Origin: Rhynchobatus australiae
Taxonomy: Eukaryota
Direction of reading: 5' to 3'
NCBI GenBank assembly: GCA_034780895.1
Contig: JAUZTB010000033.1
Span: forward strand, 26,124,957 to 26,188,956
Length of the DNA: 64,000 nt
The notes below the pieces were generated by a model that saw only the letters and a list, made by a program, of their open reading frames with translations, was not told the origin of the DNA and made no database searches. Below are positions 38,056 through 48,855 of this stretch, piece by piece. The first letter of the stretch is position 1. The number at the start of each line of letters is the position of its first letter. A program made the translations under genes and the position numbers.

Positions 38056-38124
38056 ATGCACGGCTCCCCCCGCCTCACTCAAAGCAGCGACAGCGACGGA
38101 AACCAGGAGGAAGGTCTTCACTAG
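38056..38124 (+). other. Candidate 22-codon uORF (MHGSPRLTQSSDSDGNQEEGLH*)
   Basis: ATG 38056 in weak context (tccATGc), TAG 38122-38124, out of frame with and upstream of ATG 38186. Confidence 0.3.
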
Positions 38125-38185
38125 ACGGGCTGTGTTGCCTGTCTTCGCATCCAACAAGTTGTCGGCGGAGCAAGCCCGGTTGGCC

Positions 38186-38237
38186 ATGCAGCCCGACTCT
38201 CGCTGGGTCCTTGCACTCCTGTGTATCTGTCAAGTGG
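38186..38237 (+). CDS. SBF2: Candidate alternative first coding exon of SBF2 (MQPDSRWVLALLCICQV-G)
   Basis: gccATG at 38186, 17 codons plus 1 nt, donor GTGAGT at 38238-38243 (phase 1) matching the phase-1 acceptor of exon 2; lies in the CpG island; no transcript evidence available. Confidence 0.55.
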
Positions 38238-41200
38238 GTGAGTGTAAGGTTATTACCGTCTGCCGACCCCCTCTACCTGCCTAAAATCCATTAAAAGTCA
38301 CATTTCCTGTGGCAATCGCCACGCATTGGAAATATTTGTATCCAGGGGGTTCTGTATTAGCAGTTGCCGAAGGCTTGTGTTAACAGGACGCAGAGGGAGA
38401 GAACTGCCACCTCGTGCAGGTTGTTTATCCAAACCCCAGAACCTTTATTTGACCTTTTTCAGAGTGTTTGATGCTGTTGGCCGGTGACAGAGCCTTGGGG
38501 CTGTGGGCTGATTGATGTGGATGAGGGAGCGCACCATCGTGGGGAGTTGCAGTAGTTGGGGGAGAGAGAGGGAGGACTTCCCGTTCTCCTCGCACTTGTT
38601 CACCTTCGCTAAAGCTTTAAGGATATTGGGAGTGGACCAGCCGCGAGAAGAGCTCAAGTGATTGAGGCTTTGTAAGAGTTCCGATGGGAGACTTGATTTG
38701 CCCCTGCACTTTGGGTAACTCTTTACAACCTATGTCGGTGTAAACTTACCTTTCAGCATTCAATGTGCGGTGGCAAACCTTCAGTTTTACGGCACATGTA
38801 GGGCCACATTTAAATGTCGTGAGAGGGACTTGCTGTTGTTTTTCTCTTGCTGAAATATAAATTGAGAACATGTACATTTAACGGTGAGATATGCCGCACT
38901 TGTTCTCCTTGCAAAACCCCACGGCCAAGAAGGTAATTTTTGGGTCTTATCTGATACAATGCGTTTTGCAGCTCTTTTGTTCTTGGCTGGTTCTGCTGTC
39001 AGCGTCTGTTGAGCACTGGTTGATTACTCTGGGGTTGTTTCTCATGCACGGAGGAAAGAGTGAGAGCATACAGATGGTTAAAGGAGATACAATATTCCAT
39101 TCGGTAGGCCGGCTGCCGGCAGGTCCTACTCGCCCACCGGTGCTAGTTATCGCACGGCTGGTTGACTGAGACTGATGGGACTCACTGAAAACAAGCCTTT
39201 GCTAAGTGGTCAACTATGCAATTACTAACTCCTGTGCTAAACCAAGTTTGGATGACAATGATTGGAGGAGGGGGCGATGGAGGAAGCAGAATTGGCAGGT
39301 GGTGAATGAACTCTGCTGAACCATATTCTTTCCCCTCTGCCGCTTGGGTTGAAATCCAGCCCAGACATTGATAAAACTGTCCTTTCTGATAAATGGTCCG
39401 ATGTACGATTAGATTGGGCAGTTCCCTGTGGATTCGAGGCCAGAATGCCGATGACTCATAATTCAGCCTTGGTTCTTGGATGTGCTTTTAATTGTAGGTC
39501 AGTCGGACCTACCATTCAATTTCTTGTAACCAAGTTAACGTAGCAAAATTTACTTAGGGGATAGTTGTTGATTTGCAGTTTTAAAAAGTCTCTTGAAACA
39601 ATTAGATGCTGTTTGACCTGAGTTCCTGTAGCATTTTGTGTGTATTGCTCCAGATTCCAACATCTGCAGAATCTCTTGTCTCCTTTCTTATATCTTCTTT
39701 TCTCTCTCTCCCGCATTTTAATGCACAACTTTATAATACAGATCTGCCTTTTCAAAATGTTTCCAAGGAAGTGCTGCTCTTATTCTGGTGTTGAATGGTG
39801 ACAAAAACCTCTTGGCAACATTCTTTCTTGACAGCTCTTCAGTCTAAATCTTTCCTTTTAAGCCTTTGCACACTGGCTTTACTTGCTGTTTTTTATTTTA
39901 ACCATTCATGCAAACATTTTTCTGTTTCATTTTTTTTCACTTACTATAGTTGATACTGCTCTGCTCAATATTTTTTCCTGATTGATTTTATTTTTGCCTA
40001 ATCTTTTTAACTTTGGTTCTTTGAACAGTAGCCTTGCACCTTCATCTCAAATTTATAAAAAAGTGCTCATAGTTCAACTGAGTCAAAACTATTGAAAATC
40101 TTATGCAGCCCAGGCAATTGCATAGCTAAGTGAAAATTTTTTTTCTCTCTTGTATGAGCCATCAGATCCAGGCAATACGTAAAGCTGCTTCATTCTTGTG
40201 TATTTTTCCCCAAGTGGGCACAGGCATTTCTTGTTTGGAATGTGGACAACATTAATTTGGTTTCCTAAGTTTTTAGATATGTTTTGGAAATCAAGTTGCA
40301 TAGTGGTTTCCATTGTAACACAGTCCTTAAATATTTGGCGCCATTCTACAATTGCAATCAATGCTTTAACATTCATTGGCGGGGGTGGGGAAATCTATCT
40401 TTGGGTCTTAGACAGTAAATGGTGATGATCTTGAACATCAAAAGATATTGTATTTCTTGAAATTTAAGAACTGTAAGCTAAACAAAGGGGTAGACATTGG
40501 AACTAGTTAGGTTCTGCACTTTGTAGTAGGTATTACCAGTTTCTGTTTGGTAAATTGTCACTCCATTGGAACTGGATTGGTGATGATCTTAAATGACTTA
40601 ATGTTATCACATTGATTTTTCTTGGAAGTATTGGAAGCAGATTAAAAATAGTTTCCAAAACATTGAGCTACCATGTAGGAACTCCAATGTCTTTTGCAGA
40701 TGCAAAATGTTTGGCATTCTTTCATTCTGGATATAATTATTCAAGCTTTTATCTTATTTTGGACTTTTTGTGTGAACTTTGGGATTTCAGCAAGTTATGT
40801 TTTCCTTCAGAAGTGCATTATTCAGAAACTGGTTCTTTATTTGTACTTTGTGATGATAGTTGATAAGGTGGTAAAGAGGACCGACAGGGAGAATAGCTTT
40901 TCTTCACGGCAAAACTCCTGTGTCCTGTCTATCCCTTTGAATGACAGCAGTGCTGTAGAATCAGATAGGAGTTTGAAATGGTTGATTCCTCAACTTATTC
41001 ATGGCATCTGTTTTTGCATTTTAAAGGGCTCAGTTTTATTGATTTGAAACTTATCTGATCCTTGTACAATGGTATATTTCTATTATCTTCCAAAATAGAA
41101 GACTTCTTAATTTACTAATGGTTAAAATTGTACCGTGGAGGTGGGGTGGTGGGGAGTTGGTGTTTCCATGACATGATCAAGGATTACTAATTTTTATTTG

Positions 41201-42689
41201 ATTTCCTGAAGCAAGTTTGCTCTAGTAATATATGATTCGTATCATCAGCCTGTTGCCCAAAATCATGAAGCTGAGATCAAGATCAAGTATGTTCCTTTTA
41301 TAGATCATGTGCATTTAGCTCTGAATTCTACCAAGTACATTTAATTTATAATAGTTCCTTTTGTTTCTCAGTCATCTTGCTTGCTTCCTTCTTTAAAAAT
41401 AGGAAAAAAATAAGAACTGTTAAATATTTACTTGGCTTTGCATTCCATGTGACATAGCATAGATAATTCTTACCTTTTGGCATGACATTTTCAAAATCCT
41501 AACAATCCTGGATGCACAAAATTCTTTAAAATGCTAGATTATCTGTGTTTATCTGGAAATCTGGCCCTTTCAAAACATGCAGCATACTTAAGAAAAAATT
41601 TGTGACTTTATTTCCCATATTGCGATTGTGAAAAATACAGCACTAGACTCGAGTATGATTGTTAATTTGATAGCTTTTTAAAAATTATTCTGTTTTTACT
41701 CCATTGGCAATCAGAATTTTAACAGTGTGACTTAAAGTACTGTGAAGAGTTCCTCACATTGCAGAATGAAAATCTTTGCAAACCATTTGTCAAAAGTAAG
41801 TAAACTTGTTCAAGAAAGGTTGAGAATTAGCTATCTATGCAACCCCAAACTGCAATTTCCTGTTTGCCAGATTATTAAGGCTCTGGAAGGTCTCAATTAA
41901 TGTTGTTGAGCATAGTGGTAAATGTGCAGTGAAAATTATTTTTGTGTAATTTCCTATCTGAATAATTGTTTGCTCTAGTTCTAAATTGAGATTATTAAAG
42001 ATTGCTTGGGAATAGGTAATTTCTGTTTCAGCAGCCAGTGTGTCATTATGCAAAATAACAATGGCAATTCATCTTTTTGTATTATTTTCCCCTTTTTTCT
42101 ACATGAAGACAGAGGGAGAGTGGATATGTCGATGGTAAATATAATAATGGATGATCTACAAAAATAACAACCTTGTAGCATGTTCATTTTGTCAGTGGCA
42201 CCCTAGGGGCTTTCAGCACGTGTAATTAACTGCTGAGCAACCAGCTCATGCCATGGCTGTCAGGATCCACCATTTGCCCTCGATGTGGCAAGTTTTCTGC
42301 TGGACCTCTGCTTTCAGGCTCCTTTCGAGCTCTATCTCTGACCTTGAGTTACAGTGGAGCTTTCAATCCAAGAATGCTTATTTGTGCTTGAGTAGCTCCT
42401 TGAACTCCCATTTATTCTCATCAAGCCAGTCCCTTGTATATCCTTATTAAAATTTGGTAGACATAAGTAAGGATCAATTCCAAGAAATAACAAAGGACCC
42501 AGTGTGAAGGACCCAATGGATTGCCAATCCATAGAACAAAGTTTAATGTGAATAAGGAGGTATCCCCGCTGATGTTCTTGAACTTGATGAAGAGGAACTT
42601 CAGTTGTAAATGCACACTTGTCTCCTACACGTGGGAATTGGAGGGGCACCTTGCCACGGGGCATGGGTGGTGATCTTCATAGACAGAGT

Positions 42690-43205
42690 AGGAAATTAGA
42701 GAAAATGCTAAACTTGTACTTAATCTTAGTAAGACCATACTGTTGGGTATTTTGTGTCACTCTAGTTGCCATATCATAAAAAGGAAATGTAGTTGTTGGA
42801 AAGAATACAGAAGGATTTGCATAGGTAAGAACAGAAATGAGTTTGTAACTAAAGGATAAGGTGGGCTCAGACTCTTTTCTCTGGTTTAGCATATGTGATG
42901 AAGGACAAGTTTTTATCCAGATGCATGTCCAATTGTGGAGAAGGATAAAACTAGGATCATCAATATAAGAAAGTCACCAAGGAATCGAACTGAATTCAGC
43001 AGAAACTTGATATTGCAGGATTGCAATAGTAGTTGAAATAATAGTACATATGCATTTTAAGGAGAGGCTAGATAAGCAAGTGATGGAGAAGAGAGCAGAG
43101 GATTATACTGAGCTAGGATGGGAGGAAGCTTGAGTGGAACATAGATATCAGTATGGACCTGATTAGTTCAATTGGTGTTTGTGTTGCAGACTCTTTGTAA
43201 CATCA
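42690..43205 (+). mobile_element. Decayed CR1 3' fragment
   Basis: taagaccatactgttgggtattttg (RP....Y), atataagaaagtcacc, aggctagataagcaa, tail tgtgttgcagactctttgtaa; related relic at about 59900-60340. Confidence 0.6.
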
Positions 43206-43634
43206 GGTAATATTACACTATATATTTAGGTTATTACTTTGTCTGCTGTTGGAGTGTGCTATGGGCATCATTCAGTCTTTTTGAGATTGTTTCTGTTGTT
43301 TAAAAATAATTCAATACTGTCTGAATCCATTTTTTTTACATAATGTTCATTTTTCTTGCGTAATGTTCAGTTTTCAGAATTTATTTATGGCATAGCCTGG
43401 TGTCCGACCACATGCTAGTATTGCCTTTGCAAATGCCATTTCTCTACCTTCTGTATACCATCCAAAAGATGCACATATCCATTCAATTCTGTTTTTGTTT
43501 AATAATGTCACACCTTTTTCTCTTGTTGGTCTGTATTCCAAACATACTTTTGTCAGAATGCACCTCCCAACTTATCAGACTTCTCTATCCATGCTCCCTT
43601 CCTTCAGAATCCTGAATTTTGAAAAAAAACCATG

Positions 43635-43980
43635 TTTATTCATTCATCTGTTTCTGGACATTGCTGGCAAAACCAGGTTTTGTTGCAATCCCTAATTGTA
43701 CTTATGAAGATGCTGGTCGGTGACTTTCTGGTATTGGGGAGAGCGTTCCAGGATCTATGTGCTGAAGGGACAGCAATACATTTCAAAGTGAGGATTGTGT
43801 GCATTTTGGGTAGGAACATGCAGGTGGTAGTGTTCCTTTGTGCCTGAAGCCCTTGTCATTTAGGTGTTAAAGTTGTGGGTTTTGAAGTTGGTGTGGAGCA
43901 GCCCAGGTGCAAAATTGCAGTGTTTTGTGGATGGAATAGACAGCAGCCACAGTGTGGTGGTGATGGAAGGGATGAGTATT
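43635..43980 (-). mobile_element. 3' end of second LINE family (same tail as 8815-9112)
   Basis: ttcattcat...ggacattgctggcaaaaccaggttttgttgcaatccctaattg is the reverse of that tail. Confidence 0.55.
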
Positions 43981-43984
43981 TAAA

Positions 43985-44230
43985 GTCATAGTTATATAAC
44001 ACAGAAACTGGTTAGCTCAACTAATCCCATTTGCCAGTGTTTGGCCCACGTCCCTCTAAATCATTCCTATCCATGTACCTTTTTAAATGTTGTAATTGTG
44101 CCTGCTACTGCCACTTCTTCTGGCGGTTCACTCTATATACCCACCACGCTGTCTATGGAAAAACTTGCCCCTCAGATACTTTTGAAATTCCTAACCTGGG
44201 AAAAAGACTGTGGCTATCTACCCTATCTAT
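43985..44230 (-). mobile_element. CR1 3' end running into an approximately 600-N gap
   Basis: Minus peptide IDRVDSHSLFPRLGISK; tail gtcatagttatataacacagaaac. Confidence 0.8.
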
Positions 44231-45764
44231 NNNNNNNNNNNNNNNNNNNNNNNNNNNNNNNNNNNNNNNNNNNNNNNNNNNNNNNNNNNNNNNNNNNNNN
44301 NNNNNNNNNNNNNNNNNNNNNNNNNNNNNNNNNNNNNNNNNNNNNNNNNNNNNNNNNNNNNNNNNNNNNNNNNNNNNNNNNNNNNNNNNNNNNNNNNNNN
44401 NNNNNNNNNNNNNNNNNNNNNNNNNNNNNNNNNNNNNNNNNNNNNNNNNNNNNNNNNNNNNNNNNNNNNNNNNNNNNNNNNNNNNNNNNNNNNNNNNNNN
44501 NNNNNNNNNNNNNNNNNNNNNNNNNNNNNNNNNNNNNNNNNNNNNNNNNNNNNNNNNNNNNNNNNNNNNNNNNNNNNNNNNNNNNNNNNNNNNNNNNNNN
44601 NNNNNNNNNNNNNNNNNNNNNNNNNNNNNNNNNNNNNNNNNNNNNNNNNNNNNNNNNNNNNNNNNNNNNNNNNNNNNNNNNNNNNNNNNNNNNNNNNNNN
44701 NNNNNNNNNNNNNNNNNNNNNNNNNNNNNNNNNNNNNNNNNNNNNNNNNNNNNNNNNNNNNNNNNNNNNNNNNNNNNNNNNNNNNNNNNNNNNNNNNNNN
44801 NNNNNNNNNNNNNNNNNNNNNNNNNNNNNNNNNNNNNNNCAAATCTGTAGCTTTAGTAAGAAGGAAGGGAACTTAGAGGAGAAATTGTATCATCAGGGAC
44901 TATCTGGCAAAAACATTTTACTTGCAGTTCTGCAATAGCCTTGCTCCAGATGGCACTCAATTGCTGATGTATCTCATATGTAGATAGTGACCCAGAATTT
45001 CTATGGTTTGGGATTATTCTAGTTTATAGCAAGTGTTATTTGTAACACCATTGAGTTTGGTATGGACGCCCATATGAACTAGGTGATATTTACACTTTAC
45101 TCATACCAGTGACTACATTCTCCCTGTGGACATCTTGGAACAAGTAAATAAATCCCTAGAATTTGCCTAAAACTATGCATGTATCTGCACGCAAAGCAAC
45201 ATTGTACACATGCAGGCTTTGGTTTAGACATGAACAAGGTTTTCACAAACTGAATATGTAGCAAGAATTCAATGGAATGAACTGATTCATATGTATCTTT
45301 TCCTGCTATCCTGGCTTTTGTGGTAATCACCCTGCAAGTATCCTTGAATTCCATCCAGACTGTGATAGCAGGGACTTGCTGGTAGAGGGCAAAGCCCTAT
45401 GAGCCCCACCAGGAGTTTGCACACAAATGCTGAAATAAGAAGCAGTGAAAGCCATTTGTCTGCTGGAGCCCTGAATGAACAAACAATTGGCACACTGAAG
45501 TACCACTTCACTGACCTGAAGAATAGGTGTTACTGGGGATTGGAATTCAGGAAAAAAGACTAGATTGAGGAAATAAGTGCCTTAAGGGGGACTAAGTAGG
45601 ACAAGATCTACTAGTCCTTCCAGCTGTAGGACTCCTTTAACAGTTGGCCATTGAAATAAACTTTGGCTAAACTCGCTGTTCACTTGAACCAATAGTTCTA
45701 ACCAATATTAGTCCTAGTTATTCTGTGATATTTCACACTGCACTGAACCCAAATGTATCAGCAT

Positions 45765-45905
45765 CAAAAGCAGAAAACTGCAGATGTTTGAAATCTGAAA
45801 TAAAAATAGAAAATGCTAGAAATACTCAGTAAGCAAGGAAGCATTTGTGGAAAGAGAAATGAGTCATCGACTTGAAAGGTTAATTCTGTTTCTCTCTCCA
45901 CACCT
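45765..45905. mobile_element. Short Penelope-terminus-derived element
   Basis: tgcagatgtttgaaatctgaaataaaaatagaaaatgctagaaatactcag...gtcatcgacttgaaaggttaattctgtttctctctccac; similar stubs at about 5830, 9260, 27740, 39600, 54230. Confidence 0.6.
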
Positions 45906-45959
45906 GTCATTGCAAAATGTTAGTATCCATTGTAAAGAAAAGAGTACCAGGATATTCAG

Positions 45960-47165
45960 AAAATTGTAATTTCAAATGAAGTCAGTGGTTTTATGAAAAG
46001 AAATCATGTTTGACAAATTAACTGGATGACTTTGAAGATGTAACAAGCAGATTGGTTAAAGGTGNNNNNNNNNNNNNNNNNNNNNNNNNNNNNGAACGCA
46101 TTCAACAATGTCTCTCAGAAAAATTACAACACAGGATAACAGTCATGGCATTGGTGTAACATATTAGCATGAATAGAGGATTGCTGAACTAACAGAATAG
46201 TGTGAGGGAAAGTGGGTCATTTCCAGATTGCTGGCTGTAAGTAATGAGATGCAACACAATTAGTGCAGAATCTTCAACTATTTACACTGATAACTTAAAT
46301 GAAGAGACTGAGTGTAGTGTAGCCAAATTTGCTGATGGCACAAAGATGAATGGGAATGCAAGTTATAAGGAGGATGCAGAAAGTCTGCAGACTGATGTAG
46401 ATGTTTTAACTAACATGCAAAAAATTGATGATGGGCTATAATGTTGGGTAATGTGGGGTGATCCATTTTGATATGAAGAATAAAAAAGCAGGTTATTTAA
46501 ATAGACTATATTTTCTGTACAGACGAATCAGGGTGTCCTCGGCATTAAAATACAGCAATAATTAGTAAGTTAAATGGAATATTGGCTTTATTGCATAGTG
46601 GGTGGAATATAAAGGTAGGGAAGATCTGCTAGTGGCGAGACCATTCCCAGGAAACTATATACAGCTTTGGTTTCCTTATTGAAGGATTCATTATTAGGTT
46701 GCTTTGAAGGCAATCCAGAGAATATTGATTAGTTTCATTCCTTGAATGAAGTAGGTGAGATATTAGGGAAAAACTGAACAAGTTGGGCTATAATTAGCAT
46801 TTAGAAGAATTATTGGTGATCTTATTAAAACCAAAGATTCTGAGGGGAAGTTGCATGGTAGGTGCTGATGATGTGTTTCTTCTGGGAAATCCAGAACTTG
46901 GGTTGCAGAATAAAGTGCCTGTCTTTTAAGATATGGATTCTCTTTATCTCAAGGGTTATGAACCTTTGGAATTTTCTTTCCCAGAGAGCTGTGCAGGCTG
47001 AATCTTTGAATATATTTGTGGCTAAGAGAGAGATAAATAGGGAATCAAGAATTACAAGGAATAGGCAAAATGTGGAGTTGAGGCTAGGATCAGATCAATC
47101 ATTACTGAATGGTAAAGCAGGCTCAAGGAGCCATTCAGACCACTACCATTCCTATTCTGTAGTTT
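45960..47165 (+). mobile_element. Old CR1 relic (RT to 3' end)
   Basis: ORF 46244..46441 (LNEETECSVAKFADGTK..EDAESLQTD) and 46862..47278 (RVMNLWNFLSQRAVQAESLNIF). Confidence 0.7.
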
Positions 47166-47199
47166 TTGATGGCATGCATATGTGGGCTGAAGCTTCTCT

Positions 47200-48380
47200 T
47201 AGAATTAAATATAATACTAAGTATGTGAATGGTCTACTTGCAATTTGGTGGTTGCCCAGAACAGTTAAAGCTGGATAATAAATAATGTGAGAACTAATGG
47301 TGTTCTTTGGTCTTCCCAGTTTTTATTTGGAGAAAGATTCTCATAAGCTACTGGATATGTAATAGCAGGCTTGGAGGTGGTAATGAGATAGAGTTGGGTC
47401 TTGTCAGCCAGTGATGTTTTCAGATGATGTTATAGAAGAGTAGCAGACCAACGATAGGGGGGAGCAAGATTAAATCTTCAGGTCACAATAGATAATAGGT
47501 GTGGTAACTATTTGTATTTTGTTTTCACAAAAAAAATCCAGAAGCAACTGGATGGACTGCTGATTGCAGTCCAAACCAGCTGGATAGTTGTAGAGAAGAA
47601 TGGTGTGGGTATCTGTAAAAATTACAGACACATTCAAAAGGACAAGAAGGAATAATTTTCCTTTTGCATAGTCACGTAGGATGTAATTACTAACCATGAT
47701 GAGAGTTGTTATAGTATTGCAGTAGGGGTGAAAATTTGATTGGAGAATTTAAATAGAAGTTTTGGGAAAGGTGGGGATAGATTTGGGAGGTAATACCATG
47801 TTCAGTGATTTTTTTTTGGGGGGGGGGGAAGGTAAAGAAGGTTGTAAATGGTCATCTTTTTATTTTTAAAAGAGAGATGATGATAGCTTGGAAGGGCTGC
47901 TAGTTGGTACATATAGAGGCAATACCAGCCAACANNNNNNNNNNNNNNNNNNNNNNNNNNNNNNNNNNNNNNNNNNNNNNNNNNNNNNNNNNNNNNNNNN
48001 NNNNNNNNNNNNNNNNNNNNNNNNNNNNNNNNNNGGGGGTGAAGGTAAAGAAGGTTGTAAATGGTCCTCTTTTTATTTTGAAAAGAGATATGATGATAGA
48101 TTTGAAGGGATGCTAGATGGTACCTATAGAGGCAATACCAGCAAACATGGGCGCCAGAAAGGGAAATTGGGTGGGCAGTTGTTTAATGTGAATGACGTTG
48201 AGGGAGAAGATTAGCCTCATGGACATGATAAATTCAGTGAGAACCTGTGGAGTATATAAGATAAAAATTAGAGGGAGATGTAGCTTCAAGGCTTGGAAGA
48301 GGGTGAATGTTGGAGGAAATATGGCTTAGTGAATGAAAGGAAGGGACAGAGCTGGGAGTTGAACAGGGGGATTGAGTCTT
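47200..48380 (-). mobile_element. Old L2-like LINE fragment
   Basis: gagatagagttgggtcttgtcagc reverse-translates to AD.TQLYL, an L2-type YADD region. Confidence 0.5.
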
Positions 48381-48539
48381 ATCGCAATAATATCCCTTCA
48401 ATATAATATAATCTATAATAATATCCCTTTAATAATATCATCTTTATACCTTGTTAAAGGTATTCCCTGAGATAACAGGGAAAATGGCTTTGAGGTTTTT
48501 AGTAGAGAAACTAATCTGGGATTCTATAAAATACACATT

Positions 48540-48700
48540 TGGCAGTATCTGTGTCGAAATCGCTGTTTAGTCCTGAAGACTGTAATGTATCTAGTTGGAT
48601 TATGTATTGTTGTTCCTGGAACTTAACATTGAACTTTGTTGGAAGGTGGAGATGTGTTTTAAATTCTTTAACATGACTGGCAATAACTTTCATTGTGCAA
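48540..48700 (-). mobile_element. Penelope GIY-YIG C-terminal relic
   Basis: ORF 48511..48693 contains QEQQYIIQLDTLQSSGLNSDF, resembling the PLE 'E..WI..L.TL.P.GLN' motif. Confidence 0.55.
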
Positions 48701-48769
48701 GGTTCATTGTTACATTTTTCCTGTATAAGTAGTAATATATCTGTAGTAATTTGTTAACTTTGTTCTTAG

Positions 48770-48855
48770 GATCTGTTGAAGGCTCAGGGAAAATAATCCA
48801 GCGTTTTCCACGAAAAGATTGGGATGATGCACCTTTTCCACAAGGAATAGAGTTG
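48770..48855 (+). CDS. SBF2: SBF2 / myotubularin-related protein 13, coding exon 2 (uDENN N-terminal part)
   Basis: Acceptor tttgttcttAG at 48768-48769, donor GTGAGT at 48856; 86 nt, phase 1 to phase 0; (G)[28 protein letters not shown] matches recalled human SBF2 [29 protein letters not shown] better than SBF1 [29 protein letters not shown]. Confidence 0.93.

Larger units (their letters stand above)
37594..38330 (+). promoter_or_regulatory. CpG-rich promoter-like island, candidate alternative SBF2 promoter
   Basis: Abrupt rise in GC and CpG in a CpG-depleted window; CCAAT 37637-37641, ATTGG 37674-37678, three TGACAG sites (37696, 37783, 37849 reverse), (CT)n(CA)n tract, then ATG and a consensus donor. 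Confidence 0.65.

Noticed and set aside
38186-38237. Leader exon of adrenomedullin, a neighbour of SBF2 in tetrapods
   Set aside because: No similarity to the ADM signal peptide as recalled and no ADM exons seen in the window
37440-38294. 284-aa ORF across the CpG island
   Set aside because: Spans a gap and a microsatellite, low-complexity translation, no recognisable domain; GC-rich sequence is poor in stops
40694-41047. 117-aa ORF with a plausible-looking hydrophilic segment (VKRTDRENSFSSRQNS)
   Set aside because: No convincing splice-site pair and no similarity to SBF2 exon 3 (FCQPGGW...)
47820-48145. About 110-bp tandem duplication
   Set aside because: Copies flank a 100-N gap and differ by scattered substitutions after a poly-G run; typical unmerged contig overlap
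48386-48440. Short aataatatccctt repeats (also a 21-bp tandem at about 18948-18988 and gagctctc x3 at about 52885-52922)
   Set aside because: Ordinary slippage-type micro-duplications
48770-48855. Assignment to SBF1 (MTMR5) instead of SBF2
   Set aside because: GKIIQRFP and DWDD match SBF2; SBF1 has GQILQRFP and DWED as recalled
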